Of a stretch of DNA of 64,000 nt, positions 54,558-63,551 are shown piece by piece. Below the pieces are notes generated by a model. That model did no database searches, was not told the DNA's origin, and saw only the letters and a program-made list of their open reading frames with translations. Location of the stretch: positions 1 through 64,000 of the IMG/VR virus record IMGVR_UViG_3300008255_000111. The stretch is one strand, 5' to 3'. Within the stretch, counting starts at the first letter, position 1. Each line of letters starts with the position of its first letter. The position numbers and the translations under genes are program-made. The stretch is from a virus.

Positions 54558-54623
54558 AACCTAACGGATAGACCAAAGAAAGAAAGCCTCATCGACTTAT
54601 TAACTAACGCTGATGGTGCTTTT
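54558..54623 (-). promoter_or_regulatory. promoter with GCACCATC box one helical turn further upstream
   Basis: box 54612-54623; TTTCTT(54580-54585)-N16-TAGGTT. Confidence 0.5.
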
Positions 54624-54634
54624 TCCACACCGAG

Positions 54635-55459
54635 CTAAAACAGCGACACTTGCCCGCGCTCATCTATCTGGTAAGACACTGGAGGCTTGTCATAGGCGCT
54701 TGGCGGTGCGGGGGCGGCTCCCCAAGGCACATAGAGCATGAAGTTGGCCTTAGCACAGACCAGCACAGTGTGATCAATGTCCTGGCCGGTCAGGTGTAGA
54801 GCATGGTTGCCCGCCACCATAAGCGTTCGCCCTGTGCCGACGCACGGGTCGCAGACCTTGACATGCACGCCAACGTCGAACATGCCCATTTTAGCCATGC
54901 ACTTCACGACCTCCATCGGAGTCGGAAAAAACGCCGTGGACGACTTGCCGTGGCCGCTCTCACTCAAGAGCGCTCCAAAGTAGTCGTAGGGCGCTCCGAT
55001 CATGAGGTCCAGGCAGAACGTCTGATATAGCTCCTCGTGAAGCCCCTGCGTGACATCAGCGGGCGGATGAGGCGTTCTGGAGTCAAGGCTCCAACTGATC
55101 CACTCGGCCAAGATGGGGACGGTTCGCGAGGCGCTGTAACCATACCTACTGCCGATTGCATCGAGACAACTCCTCAGCATCCCAATCGTCACATCGCAGG
55201 GCGACGACAAGAAGTCAATCTGCGGGATCTCTTTGATGCTGGCGACCGTGTTATCACCAAGGTGCATGAGCCACCACATCCATCGACCCCATAGAACGTC
55301 GTCGAGCTGGAGCAAGAACTCAAAAGCCCAACCTGCACCATTCTCGATGCGCGGCGCGCTCGGGCATGGCAGGACCACCTTGTTAGGCTTCCACGACCGT
55401 CTGAACATCTCAAAGGATGCTTTCATGATGACACCTGCTTCAAAAATGGCGTCCTGCAT
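54635..55459 (-). CDS. N6-adenine methyltransferase-like protein (SAM-binding half only)
   Basis: FFPTPMEVV, VCDPCVGTGRTL, GQDID; no NPPY/F motif. Confidence 0.75.
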   Translation of the reverse strand: MQDAIFEAGVIMKASFEMFRRSWKPNKVVLPCPSAPRIENGAGWAFEFLLQLDDVLWGRWMWWLMHLGDNTVASIKEIPQIDFLSSPCDVTIGMLRSCLDAIGSRYGYSASRTVPILAEWISWSLDSRTPHPPADVTQGLHEELYQTFCLDLMIGAPYDYFGALLSESGHGKSSTAFFPTPMEVVKCMAKMGMFDVGVHVKVCDPCVGTGRTLMVAGNHALHLTGQDIDHTVLVCAKANFMLYVPWGAAPAPPSAYDKPPVSYQIDERGQVSLF

Positions 55460-55483
55460 CGTCGATACAGGACGCCATTGAGA

Positions 55484-55879
55484 CTAAACGCGGTTGGAAG
55501 CGTAGGGCAGCGGCGGCATGATTGTTGCTGTGCGCCTCCAGCGAGGCAGCGGCCCGCCTCCACGAGCTTGACCTTGCGGCAGCAGCTCAGGTCGGGTGAA
55601 GCGCCGGACGATCTCATCGTCAAAGCTGCGCGCGAGCATGAGGTGATGCTTTTCGCTCATGGGCTGACCATCGACCACGACGCGATAACCAAGGTGGTAA
55701 GCCTTCATGATCTCGGCATCGGTGTAGTCGAAGTGCGCCATGATGGCGACAAGATCGAAGGGCTCAACGCCCACAACACGGCCACTAAGCGCTCCCCCAG
55801 CGGTGAAGTAGTCGTAGAGCGCCACGGTGAGCGCATCCCGAACACTGACGTAGAGTCCATCAAGATAAGTCGAAGCCAT
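55484..55879 (-). CDS. hypothetical protein
   Basis: GGGAG RBS before MASTY. Confidence 0.6.
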   Translation of the reverse strand: MASTYLDGLYVSVRDALTVALYDYFTAGGALSGRVVGVEPFDLVAIMAHFDYTDAEIMKAYHLGYRVVVDGQPMSEKHHLMLARSFDDEIVRRFTRPELLPQGQARGGGPLPRWRRTATIMPPLPYASNRV

Positions 55880-56504
55880 CAGATTCTCCCTTGAGAAAGG
55901 ACCGAAGGTAAAAGCAAGGCGACCTGCCCACACCATCCTCGGGTCGTTTACGGTCTTTGATCAGGAAGTCGCGCTCCTCGGGAGTGAGCGATGCCACCCA
56001 AGAGAAGCCACGACTTGTCATCCAGACATCGGCTCGGATCAACACTGGACCAACATCAGGATCAACGTAGAGCACACCGCTTAATCGGGCGCCATGATGC
56101 AGCATGACAAACCCTTTGGGCTGGACATGCAGGAGCTTTTCACTAAAGGCCCGCGTCGGGTCCGCCCCTGGAAGGCTTCCAGATAGCACAGTGCGCGCCT
56201 TGTGAAGCGGCGCGCTGTGAAAGCCACCTGTGGCGCCTCGTTGAATGAGGTAGATCCCCTCACGCGGGGCGCCAAAAGACTTGCGAAGGACAAAGTATAC
56301 CTTCTTGCCAACGCGAAAGTCCTTCAAATCAGCCTGCTTGACTCGCTGCTTCTTATTAACTACTGGCGGCACGCGCTCATCGAGCTTGATCAAGTGCTGG
56401 CCGCCGACCTTGAGACAAAGCCCAAGGCTCGTCGTATCCTCTAACTGAGCACCTGCTCGCAGCTCCCATTGAGAGCCTGCGGCAACTGCCTCGTAAATCT
56501 TCAT
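55860..56504 (-). CDS. hypothetical protein
   Basis: start MKIYE follows the upstream stop. Confidence 0.6.
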   Translation of the reverse strand: MKIYEAVAAGSQWELRAGAQLEDTTSLGLCLKVGGQHLIKLDERVPPVVNKKQRVKQADLKDFRVGKKVYFVLRKSFGAPREGIYLIQRGATGGFHSAPLHKARTVLSGSLPGADPTRAFSEKLLHVQPKGFVMLHHGARLSGVLYVDPDVGPVLIRADVWMTSRGFSWVASLTPEERDFLIKDRKRPEDGVGRSPCFYLRSFLKGESDGFDLS

Positions 56505-56505
56505 A

Positions 56506-56733
56506 TCACCACTCAATTCGGGGCTCCTCAAGGGAGTACCCGAAGAACTCGTAGGGGTCGTCCAGCATGAGCGCGTCCTCATCGTCCATGTGCTCATCCA
56601 TGACACAAGAGTGACAGGTGAGGCCGAGCTTGCCCTTATAAGCGCGCGTCAAGCGCTTCATCGGAAAGCCGCAAGAGGCGCAGATCGTCTCCTTCCTCAA
56701 CTTCACCGTCTTAAGCTCGTGCTGCTCAGTCAT
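56506..56733 (-). CDS. small zinc-finger protein
   Basis: CASC...CHSC; AAGGAG RBS. Confidence 0.65.
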   Translation of the reverse strand: MTEQHELKTVKLRKETICASCGFPMKRLTRAYKGKLGLTCHSCVMDEHMDDEDALMLDDPYEFFGYSLEEPRIEW

Positions 56734-56750
56734 TTTCTACTCCTTCGCTG

Positions 56751-56833
56751 CCGCCTTTATTTGGCGGGTGTCGTTTGAGTCGCTTCGATGTGAAGCGATA
56801 AGATGACTTTGAGCGACACTAGCCTTGTGGCAA
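56751..56833 (-). promoter_or_regulatory. promoter plus two leader hairpins
   Basis: TTGCCA(56828-56833)-N16-CAAAGT; hairpin 56780-56798; CCGCC-AAATAAA-GGCGG 56751-56767. Confidence 0.75.
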
Positions 56834-56856
56834 GGGGAAAATGTCGTTTTTTTGAT

Positions 56857-57288
56857 TTAAAGGACTGTCACGTCAAAGCCCGAGTACCTGACGGCCCGAG
56901 CCTCGTCATGACAGATCACTGTCTCAATGCAAGAGACGCCTTGAGCGCTCTCTCTTACGTCGTCGAGCGCTCGCTTGATGGATGAAGTGTTCAGCTCACC
57001 TAGCAGTCTCGTAGCGGCGCTGAGCGCGCGTTCACGACTGATCTCACGGCCTTCCACCTGACTCTCAAAGAGCGTGGTCAGCGCTGTGATCATCAGCAGA
57101 CCCAAGCTAAAGCTCCCGGCCAACTTAATCACTGCGTTAATGAGCTGCGCGATCTGATCGCTCGGGATCTGGTAGGTGTTCCATCGATCTTCATGGTCAA
57201 CGGAGGGCATGACAAGAAAGAGCGCGTCATCGTCCATGTAAAGGAACGGCCTGCGCTCCAATTCAGGCGTGGTCATCTCAGACAACAT
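56857..57288 (-). CDS. hypothetical protein
   Basis: 143-aa ORF. Confidence 0.6.
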   Translation of the reverse strand: MLSEMTTPELERRPFLYMDDDALFLVMPSVDHEDRWNTYQIPSDQIAQLINAVIKLAGSFSLGLLMITALTTLFESQVEGREISRERALSAATRLLGELNTSSIKRALDDVRESAQGVSCIETVICHDEARAVRYSGFDVTVL

Positions 57289-57306
57289 ATAAGCACCTTC
57301 AGCGGA

Positions 57307-57822
57307 TTATGTGCGTGACAGCATTACCCTATCCCAAAGCTCACTGCGTGAACAAGCAAACAGAAGCGGCCTAAGATGCTCTCCAGTAAGCTCTTTGTGA
57401 AAGTAGCGCAGATGTGCGCAGCGACGATCGCTGCTCTCAAGGAAGGCGAAGGTTGACTCACCATGCGATTCATGGAGGACGACCGATTCCTCAAAGAACT
57501 TGCCGTCTGATGACTTCGCAACGTTGATGCGCGCGGCCACAAACTTTGTGATGTCGAACGCGACACCCTCAAGAGGATACCTTGAGGCGAAGCTGGGGAA
57601 GTCGGCCCGGCTCTTGACAAGCTCTTGGCCTTTGCGCCAGCGCTCGCGGAAATCTTCGGCGTCGAACAGCAGCGCGTTGGGCTGGTCAACCAGCGCTGAC
57701 CCAAACACTGCGATCATCGTTTTGTCATAGGGCGGGTCAGTCAGCTCGATGACTTCAGGGTGGATCGTTCCCACCTCGCTTGAGGTGGTCGGCGGATTCA
57801 GAAAGAGCGTCGGGGTCTTCAT
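57307..57822 (-). CDS. hypothetical protein
   Basis: 171-aa ORF. Confidence 0.6.
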   Translation of the reverse strand: MKTPTLFLNPPTTSSEVGTIHPEVIELTDPPYDKTMIAVFGSALVDQPNALLFDAEDFRERWRKGQELVKSRADFPSFASRYPLEGVAFDITKFVAARINVAKSSDGKFFEESVVLHESHGESTFAFLESSDRRCAHLRYFHKELTGEHLRPLLFACSRSELWDRVMLSRT

Positions 57823-58078
57823 CGGGTTGAACCTTTACTATGGGTTGAATATAGACTCGATATTTAACGCGGGACGTGCCGGGCTCTGGGAACTCCCCAT
57901 GAACCCTAACAACGTGGAAAGGGCCGCGTCCTCCTAGACTTACGAAAGACCCCACGGGAGGCAAGAGGCCAAGACCTGCCGTGGTAAAAAAAATGCTGTG
58001 AACGATGGTGCTTGTCTTCGCGTCCACAAACTCAAGAACCAGATAGGCTCCCGCCTTTACCGTTTCTAACTCGTCCAC
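57755..58078 (-). CDS. hypothetical protein
   Basis: AAGGAG RBS, GTG start. Confidence 0.55.
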   Translation of the reverse strand: MDELETVKAGAYLVLEFVDAKTSTIVHSIFFTTAGLGLLPPVGSFVSLGGRGPFHVVRVHGEFPEPGTSRVKYRVYIQPIVKVQPDEDPDALSESADHLKRGGNDPP

Positions 58079-58195
58079 CCTTTACTCCTTTGGTTCATAG
58101 TCGCGCTAACAACTCAAACCATAGTGCAAGTGCGGCCAGAAAACAGCTCAGACAAGCATCGGGATGGTGGTTCGGGCAGGGGGAGGACTCAGCCT

Positions 58196-58927
58196 CTAGC
58201 GCGCCAGACCATGACGAACCAGCTTCGCTCGATAGGTGTTGAACATGCGCTCCTCATCAATCTGGGCGTCGCCGGGGATGGGGCGGTCGAACGACTGACC
58301 AAACTTGTCGATCAGCTTGAAGCGAGTCGCGCCAGCAGCTCGACACGTCTCCATCAGCTTCATGTCAAAGATGACATCTCCAAGGTCTTTGTTCTCGGGC
58401 TCCAAGTACAGGGCAAGCTCCATGTTCAACTCGTAGAAGATAGTCGTGCCATCAAGCCTGCCGCTGAGGCGCCCGTCTGTCCTCTCGCTCACCTTGTTCA
58501 ACTGGCGAGCTGCTTCAGCTCTAAAGACTTCTCTAAGGGAAGCCTTATCCACGTCGTTACAGGTCTTGATCACGCCGTATAGGCGCTTTTTATAGTCATC
58601 CTTGCTCGGCCACGAGTAGAGCTTGGCGTTGATCTTGTAGAGGTCGGCAGCGGCCCCCATTTCATCAGCCTCAAACCAACACGTTGCCGCTGTGGCATCG
58701 TTTCGGATCATAAGGTAAGCCTCGGCCTTGCGCAGCGTTGACTCAGTTTGAGCGTCTGGGCTCGGTTTGGGGTCGTAGAAGCTGATCAAGAGGACCGCCA
58801 AAGCGAGCGCTCCCAAGATGAGGGCGATCATCGCCGCACGTCTACTTTCAGCTCTGGCAAGACGCCTCTCAATGAAGGACAGACGGTCTACTGAGTCCTG
58901 AATCTCTCGATCTGAATCTGACATCAT
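58196..58927 (-). CDS. membrane-anchored protein
   Basis: single TM (AMIALILGALALAVLLISFY). Confidence 0.65.
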   Translation of the reverse strand: MMSDSDREIQDSVDRLSFIERRLARAESRRAAMIALILGALALAVLLISFYDPKPSPDAQTESTLRKAEAYLMIRNDATAATCWFEADEMGAAADLYKINAKLYSWPSKDDYKKRLYGVIKTCNDVDKASLREVFRAEAARQLNKVSERTDGRLSGRLDGTTIFYELNMELALYLEPENKDLGDVIFDMKLMETCRAAGATRFKLIDKFGQSFDRPIPGDAQIDEERMFNTYRAKLVRHGLAR

Positions 58928-58973
58928 CGTTCATCTCCTCCGAGGGCATCATCGCCCCAGGCTCGGGTTGGGG

Positions 58974-60290
58974 TTAGTGTTTGATGATCAAGCCATTCAT
59001 GGCGCGCGAGTAGGCGACGTACAGCAGCCTCGCCCTCATGTTGAGGTCGTAGCGCGTGGTGCCCATGATGTCGCTGTAATCCACAGCGCAATATTTAAAG
59101 CTGGAGCCTTGGCTCTTGTGGACCGTGCAGGCGAAGGGCGGCTTGAGCCACGCGAACTGCTCCTTGAGCGCGTAAAAGTCCTTCCAGTTGCGCTTCTTGA
59201 TCGCCTTAGCTTTGAGTTGCGCGAGGGCCTTGTTGTAGGCGCCCATGTCCTCGGGCGCGACGGTCAAGACTTGGCAGGTGCTTCCATCATCAGCTTTGAG
59301 GCTCAGCTTCCAGACCGAGGCTGTGAAGTCAGGGCTGTGGAAGGGGCTGCGCTCAGCTTCCATGACCTCGACCTGCTGCTCGTTATACAGGACGATCGAG
59401 TCATTAACGACATACGACTCATTGGCCACAAGGCGCTCACCGACCAAGTAGTCTTCCACGTCGCCGCCGTATAGCTCACGGCGCACGACCCTGTTGAGCG
59501 CGTCAACTGTCCTGTTCGTGTATGCGATGATCTTCACGTCCTCACCAGCTCGCACAAGCTCCATGACGCGATCTTTAAAGGGTGCGCCTTTGTGCAGCTC
59601 GACGAAGGACTCAGGCGTCCCTCCAGCTCCAGGCAGCATATTCCTGTCCAAGACGTTATCAATGAGCGCGTTGCGGGGCATGGCCACGGCGTCGCTGATG
59701 ATGCCGTCATAGCGCATGATCTGACTTAGGGTTTTGCTCTCCACGTCGAATGACTCGGAAAGCTCCATGCTGTCACTTACCGGGGGGAGCTGAAGCGGAT
59801 CGCCCATGCAAATGACCTTGGTGCCATAAGCGGCGGCTGCGTCGGTGATGTGTGTCCACAGCTTAGTGTCAAGCATCGAGCACTCATCCACGACAAGCAC
59901 CCTGAAGTTATGGACCTTGACGGCCCGGTGATTGACCTCAAAGGTCATCTCACCAGAGGTCTTGTTCTTGGCGGGGCGAAGCCCTAGCAGGCTGTGGACG
60001 GTGTTATATTCTGGCGTCCACGACGTACTGGCTAGCTTCTTTCCATCGATGAGCGAGGTGGAGCCGAGCGCTTCTGCCTTACTGCCCATGCCAGCGAGCA
60101 CGCCCACCGCTTTATGCGTCGGAGCGGTCATCGCCATAGAGACAGTAGGGAACTCTCTAAGGACCGCTGCCACGGTGGCGCTTTTGCCTGTGCCAGCGTA
60201 ACCGAAGACGCCGACGAACTTCTGGGCCGGATCTAGCATAAACTCCTGAAGGCGGAGCGCCGCCCCAAGCTGATCTGGGTTGAGCTTCAT
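58974..60290 (-). CDS. Dda/RecD-like superfamily 1B DNA helicase
   Basis: GYAGTGKS, APTHKA, VVDECSM, GDPLQLPPV, TVHKSQGSSF, LYVAYSRA. Confidence 0.95.
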   Translation of the reverse strand: MKLNPDQLGAALRLQEFMLDPAQKFVGVFGYAGTGKSATVAAVLREFPTVSMAMTAPTHKAVGVLAGMGSKAEALGSTSLIDGKKLASTSWTPEYNTVHSLLGLRPAKNKTSGEMTFEVNHRAVKVHNFRVLVVDECSMLDTKLWTHITDAAAAYGTKVICMGDPLQLPPVSDSMELSESFDVESKTLSQIMRYDGIISDAVAMPRNALIDNVLDRNMLPGAGGTPESFVELHKGAPFKDRVMELVRAGEDVKIIAYTNRTVDALNRVVRRELYGGDVEDYLVGERLVANESYVVNDSIVLYNEQQVEVMEAERSPFHSPDFTASVWKLSLKADDGSTCQVLTVAPEDMGAYNKALAQLKAKAIKKRNWKDFYALKEQFAWLKPPFACTVHKSQGSSFKYCAVDYSDIMGTTRYDLNMRARLLYVAYSRAMNGLIIKH

Positions 60291-60304
60291 TTAAACTCCA
60301 TGAG

Positions 60305-60320
60305 CTGCAATCGATTGCAG
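60305..60320. repeat. 16-bp palindrome
   Basis: in the helicase leader just before its RBS. Confidence 0.95.
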
Positions 60321-60401
60321 TCGAGTCAATCCCTGCGTGACATTTAAGATGCCAAGCAGGTTGTGTTGAGGGGCCGCAAGAGCGCGGCAGATGACATGAG
60401 T

Positions 60402-60429
60402 AGACTGGCAGGTAACTGACCAGAGGCAA
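60402..60429 (-). promoter_or_regulatory. promoter
   Basis: TTGCCT-N16-CAGTCT. Confidence 0.65.
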
Positions 60430-60498
60430 GTGTGTTTTTCAAAAAAACACGCCCCTATGGTGAAAAAACAAGAGGCGGACAAGCCGCCTTTCCATCAT

Positions 60499-61503
60499 CT
60501 AAGCTAACAGGGGCGATGAACGCTCACTTGGAGGCGCGAGGTCTAAAGCTCCAAGCATATACCTGTCAATGAGATAGCCGTACTTCCAGAACTTCTTGAG
60601 CGTGGCCACCATGAACGCTCGGGCGGGCAGCGGGGATAGGTGACTGATAGCAACCATCTGCATCACAGCAGACAGCAACGCTTGACTCGACGAGCCCGTC
60701 TCAAACTGGCTGCGTGGGCGAAAGCCAGCCTCGGGCGGCACGATCATGTTGTTCTCGGCCACCTCTTTCTCGAAGATCATTGCCACGATCTCAGCGGCGA
60801 ACCAGCCCACCGCGTTGCCTTCAAGGTGGTCGATGTTCTCCATCAGGAACCAATGGCCTTCCAACTTATCTGGAAGCGCTCCTGATGGTGTAGGGATGAG
60901 CTGGATCAGATCGCCTCCAGTGAGATACTGGCGCTCAATATGCTCCGAGCTGTTGAACATGCGCGAGGTGCGATCGTCGCCTTCTTGGCTGATGTAGAAG
61001 ACGGGATTCTCAGTCACCTGCACAGCCTCAACCTTAAGGCGGACGGTCGGAAAGGCGCTATGACCGGGCTTGTGTGGGGGCCAGTTGATCAGCTCACACC
61101 ATTCAAAGCGTGCCTCGCCAAAGATCACGCCGATCGGCACGCCAAGCGCGACAGGACAGTGAAAGTCGCCAAGCGACTCGGTGAGCTTGATGCGCTCGCG
61201 ACCGAGATTCAACACCTCTCCAGGCTTCAGGCTGTTATGGCGAGTTCTCCACCACACGCCTGAGTGCCTGTCGTCACCAGTGAAGGGCGGGGCCGTCTCC
61301 AAGAACGCTTGCTTACCTTTCGCAAGCTCCTCAAAGCAAGCAAGCTCCTCGGCTGTTGGTGGTGTGGGGTAGAGCTTCTTGGTTGAGTGGTTGACGATCT
61401 CAAGCTCGTCAACAACCCCTCGCGCGAGCAAGTAAGAGGCGATCGGGCTGAGGCGCAAGCCTTGCTTGGGAAACGTGGCCAAAGGCGGGTTAGAAGCGCT
61501 CAT
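60499..61503 (-). CDS. hypothetical protein
   Basis: AAGGA RBS before MSASN. Confidence 0.65.
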   Translation of the reverse strand: MSASNPPLATFPKQGLRLSPIASYLLARGVVDELEIVNHSTKKLYPTPPTAEELACFEELAKGKQAFLETAPPFTGDDRHSGVWWRTRHNSLKPGEVLNLGRERIKLTESLGDFHCPVALGVPIGVIFGEARFEWCELINWPPHKPGHSAFPTVRLKVEAVQVTENPVFYISQEGDDRTSRMFNSSEHIERQYLTGGDLIQLIPTPSGALPDKLEGHWFLMENIDHLEGNAVGWFAAEIVAMIFEKEVAENNMIVPPEAGFRPRSQFETGSSSQALLSAVMQMVAISHLSPLPARAFMVATLKKFWKYGYLIDRYMLGALDLAPPSERSSPLLA

Positions 61504-61531
61504 GTCTTTGTCCTTAGAGGTGATAAGGGCG

Positions 61532-62425
61532 TTAAGTGGGAACGACACCGCGCTCCCAATTGACAATGAAAAAGGTGGTGCTGACAGCGTTGCGAACGTA
61601 AAGCCACGATTGATCTATTGGATCAATGAGAAGATCAAGCGGGTTCTTACCGGGGAAGCTGGGGGAGGCGCCTTGTGGCGCAGTCTTAAACCAAATGCTT
61701 GGTCCGAGATCAAGATCAATACTGCTGTTAATGTTGGCAGCCGACATCATGATACCACGCGTGGGACGCAAAGTGCCATCCACACTTGTAGACATTCCAG
61801 TAGAAGGGAACGAAGCAAACGCCTGATACCATTGGGCGACACCACCCTCATCAAGACCCCTGATTCGACTCCCGTTGGTTTGAGTGGTCGTGTTGAACCA
61901 ACAATTGGTGCCGCTGCTTGCGGGCGCGCCAACAAGAACAGCGTGACCATCTATACCCCTAAGCTCGTCGCCATCCTCCATTGGATTGAACAACTTGCCA
62001 ACCATGATGCCGCTCGGAAGTAACGATTTGCCTGGGTCTTGAAAGAGGACTGCGATGGCGCTGTCATACTCGCAGACAAAGAACCTCGTTGAGATCGACG
62101 GGAAAGAGCCGCCAGACCTGCACTCGGGCGACATGTTGGCAGATCCTGTCGGCTCGGTTGAAGCATCACCTGCGCTGTCAATCGAGCTATCTGGATCGAG
62201 CACAGCTCCAAGCTGAGTCGTGCCAACCCTCCTTATGGCGATGTGACTGATAGAGTCTGCTTTTGCTCGGATCGCAAGCGACTCACCAGCGACAGGTGGT
62301 GCGCCTGGGACAAGCTCCCATCTCCCTGGAGCAGTCGTAAAGTGAGCGATGAGCGCGGCCATCACATCTGACAGCGCAGTCGTGGCCGCATCAAGCGTGT
62401 AAGTCTTTGTGTCACTGTATCCCAT
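61532..62425 (-). CDS. putative virion structural (tail/fibre-associated) protein
   Basis: Gly/Ser/Thr-rich beta composition; N-terminal LSDVMAALIAHF...W pattern. Confidence 0.5.
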   Translation of the reverse strand: MGYSDTKTYTLDAATTALSDVMAALIAHFTTAPGRWELVPGAPPVAGESLAIRAKADSISHIAIRRVGTTQLGAVLDPDSSIDSAGDASTEPTGSANMSPECRSGGSFPSISTRFFVCEYDSAIAVLFQDPGKSLLPSGIMVGKLFNPMEDGDELRGIDGHAVLVGAPASSGTNCWFNTTTQTNGSRIRGLDEGGVAQWYQAFASFPSTGMSTSVDGTLRPTRGIMMSAANINSSIDLDLGPSIWFKTAPQGASPSFPGKNPLDLLIDPIDQSWLYVRNAVSTTFFIVNWERGVVPT

Positions 62426-62452
62426 ACCTCTCGCCTCTCATTGGTGAGCGTT

Positions 62453-62716
62453 TCAACTAAAGTCCAGCGAGGACTCAGGCAGCTTGGTCGTCGTGGGTTC
62501 GCCAGAAGCGAGCACGGCGCTTGCTCCTGCGTTGACAACAGATGACTCAAAGCCTCGGGCGATCCTATCGGGATAGACCGCGATCACCACAACCCCTTCA
62601 AGCTCACCAAAGGGAACAGGCCCGGCATAATCGTCCCCATCAGGGTCAAACCCGCGCGACTGCCAGTTGTAGTAGGTGTTGCTTATTGCGTGATAGCCCC
62701 TGTTCGTCGCTGCCAT
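62453..62716 (-). CDS. hypothetical protein, likely structural
   Basis: GAGGTG RBS. Confidence 0.55.
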   Translation of the reverse strand: MAATNRGYHAISNTYYNWQSRGFDPDGDDYAGPVPFGELEGVVVIAVYPDRIARGFESSVVNAGASAVLASGEPTTTKLPESSLDFS

Positions 62717-62728
62717 ATTCACCTCTCG

Positions 62729-62744
62729 CTGCAATCGATTGCAG
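62729..62744. repeat. 16-bp palindrome
   Basis: abuts the RBS of the next gene. Confidence 0.95.
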
Positions 62745-62771
62745 TTGGAGCATAAGGCATCCCTAAGAACT

Positions 62772-62803
62772 GAGAAAGCCCTAGTGGCATACTAGGGCTC
62801 TCA
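62772..62803 (-). terminator. intrinsic terminator
   Basis: AGCCCTAGT/ACTAGGGCT stem. Confidence 0.6.
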
Positions 62804-62817
62804 CTGGTCAATCTAGG

Positions 62818-63015
62818 TCAGTTGGGCGAGGGTGCGATCGGCATGTCGTCAAAGAACTTGTCCTCACCCTCATCGTAGGCGAAGACGATCTTAGCGCACT
62901 CGACGTTTGATCCTAAGACCTTGAGCTGGTCGATGATGGCAGCTCGTTCCTCGTCACTAGGGCGCCTGGAGACTTCGACTGTGAGCGTGAGCGAGAGAAT
63001 AGGGTTATCGGTCAT
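62818..63015 (-). CDS. hypothetical protein
   Basis: 65-aa ORF between two hairpins. Confidence 0.55.
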   Translation of the reverse strand: MTDNPILSLTLTVEVSRRPSDEERAAIIDQLKVLGSNVECAKIVFAYDEGEDKFFDDMPIAPSPN

Positions 63016-63080
63016 GTTTGAACCTGCGATGCAAGAGAAGGGGCACTAGGCCCCTTCTAGCTGAAGTTATGGATGATGTA

Positions 63081-63530
63081 TTAGATCGACTGGCGCTCGG
63101 CCAGCTCGGCTGCGCCCTTGGGGCCGATGCCGCGCATGACACTATCGTAGGAGGTCAGGGGGCGCCCCGTCACGGGGCAGAAGAACTTGACCTTGACCTC
63201 GATGCCAGCAGCGCGAGCAGCGGGGATGGCGTTGATCAACTTGGCATATTTGCGCAGCTTGCCGCCCTCGGGCAAGCGCTTGAATGGATGGATGCGCCCG
63301 TCGCTGCCGCAGACAGCGAAGGGGTGCATCTTGCCATTAGTGACCTTCCACAAGAAGGGCACGTCTGCGCCGTCTGCGTGGAAGATCCTGAACTCGCGCA
63401 GCTCACCCGTCTTGGGGTTGAACAAGACGATCTGGGCGTCGTGCTTGGCGGGATCAAGCAGCTCAGGGAATGCGCTAAAGTTGGCGGTGTCGATCGAGGA
63501 AGAAATCATGGCGTCGATGATGGTTTTCAT
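63081..63530 (-). CDS. DUF6011-containing protein
   Basis: C-terminal FCPVTGRPLT..DSVMRGIGP. Confidence 0.75.
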   Translation of the reverse strand: MKTIIDAMISSSIDTANFSAFPELLDPAKHDAQIVLFNPKTGELREFRIFHADGADVPFLWKVTNGKMHPFAVCGSDGRIHPFKRLPEGGKLRKYAKLINAIPAARAAGIEVKVKFFCPVTGRPLTSYDSVMRGIGPKGAAELAERQSI

Positions 63531-63551
63531 GGGGTGTTCTCTTTTGTGTGT

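Noticed and set aside
442-62744. Palindromic repeats as a CRISPR array
   Set aside because: Copies are kilobases apart and separated by whole genes; there are no regular spacers and no cas genes.
442-62744. Palindrome as canonical parS or as IS/MITE ends
   Set aside because: The sequence differs from the TGTTTCACGTGAAACA consensus; there is no transposase, shared element body or consistent flanking target duplication.
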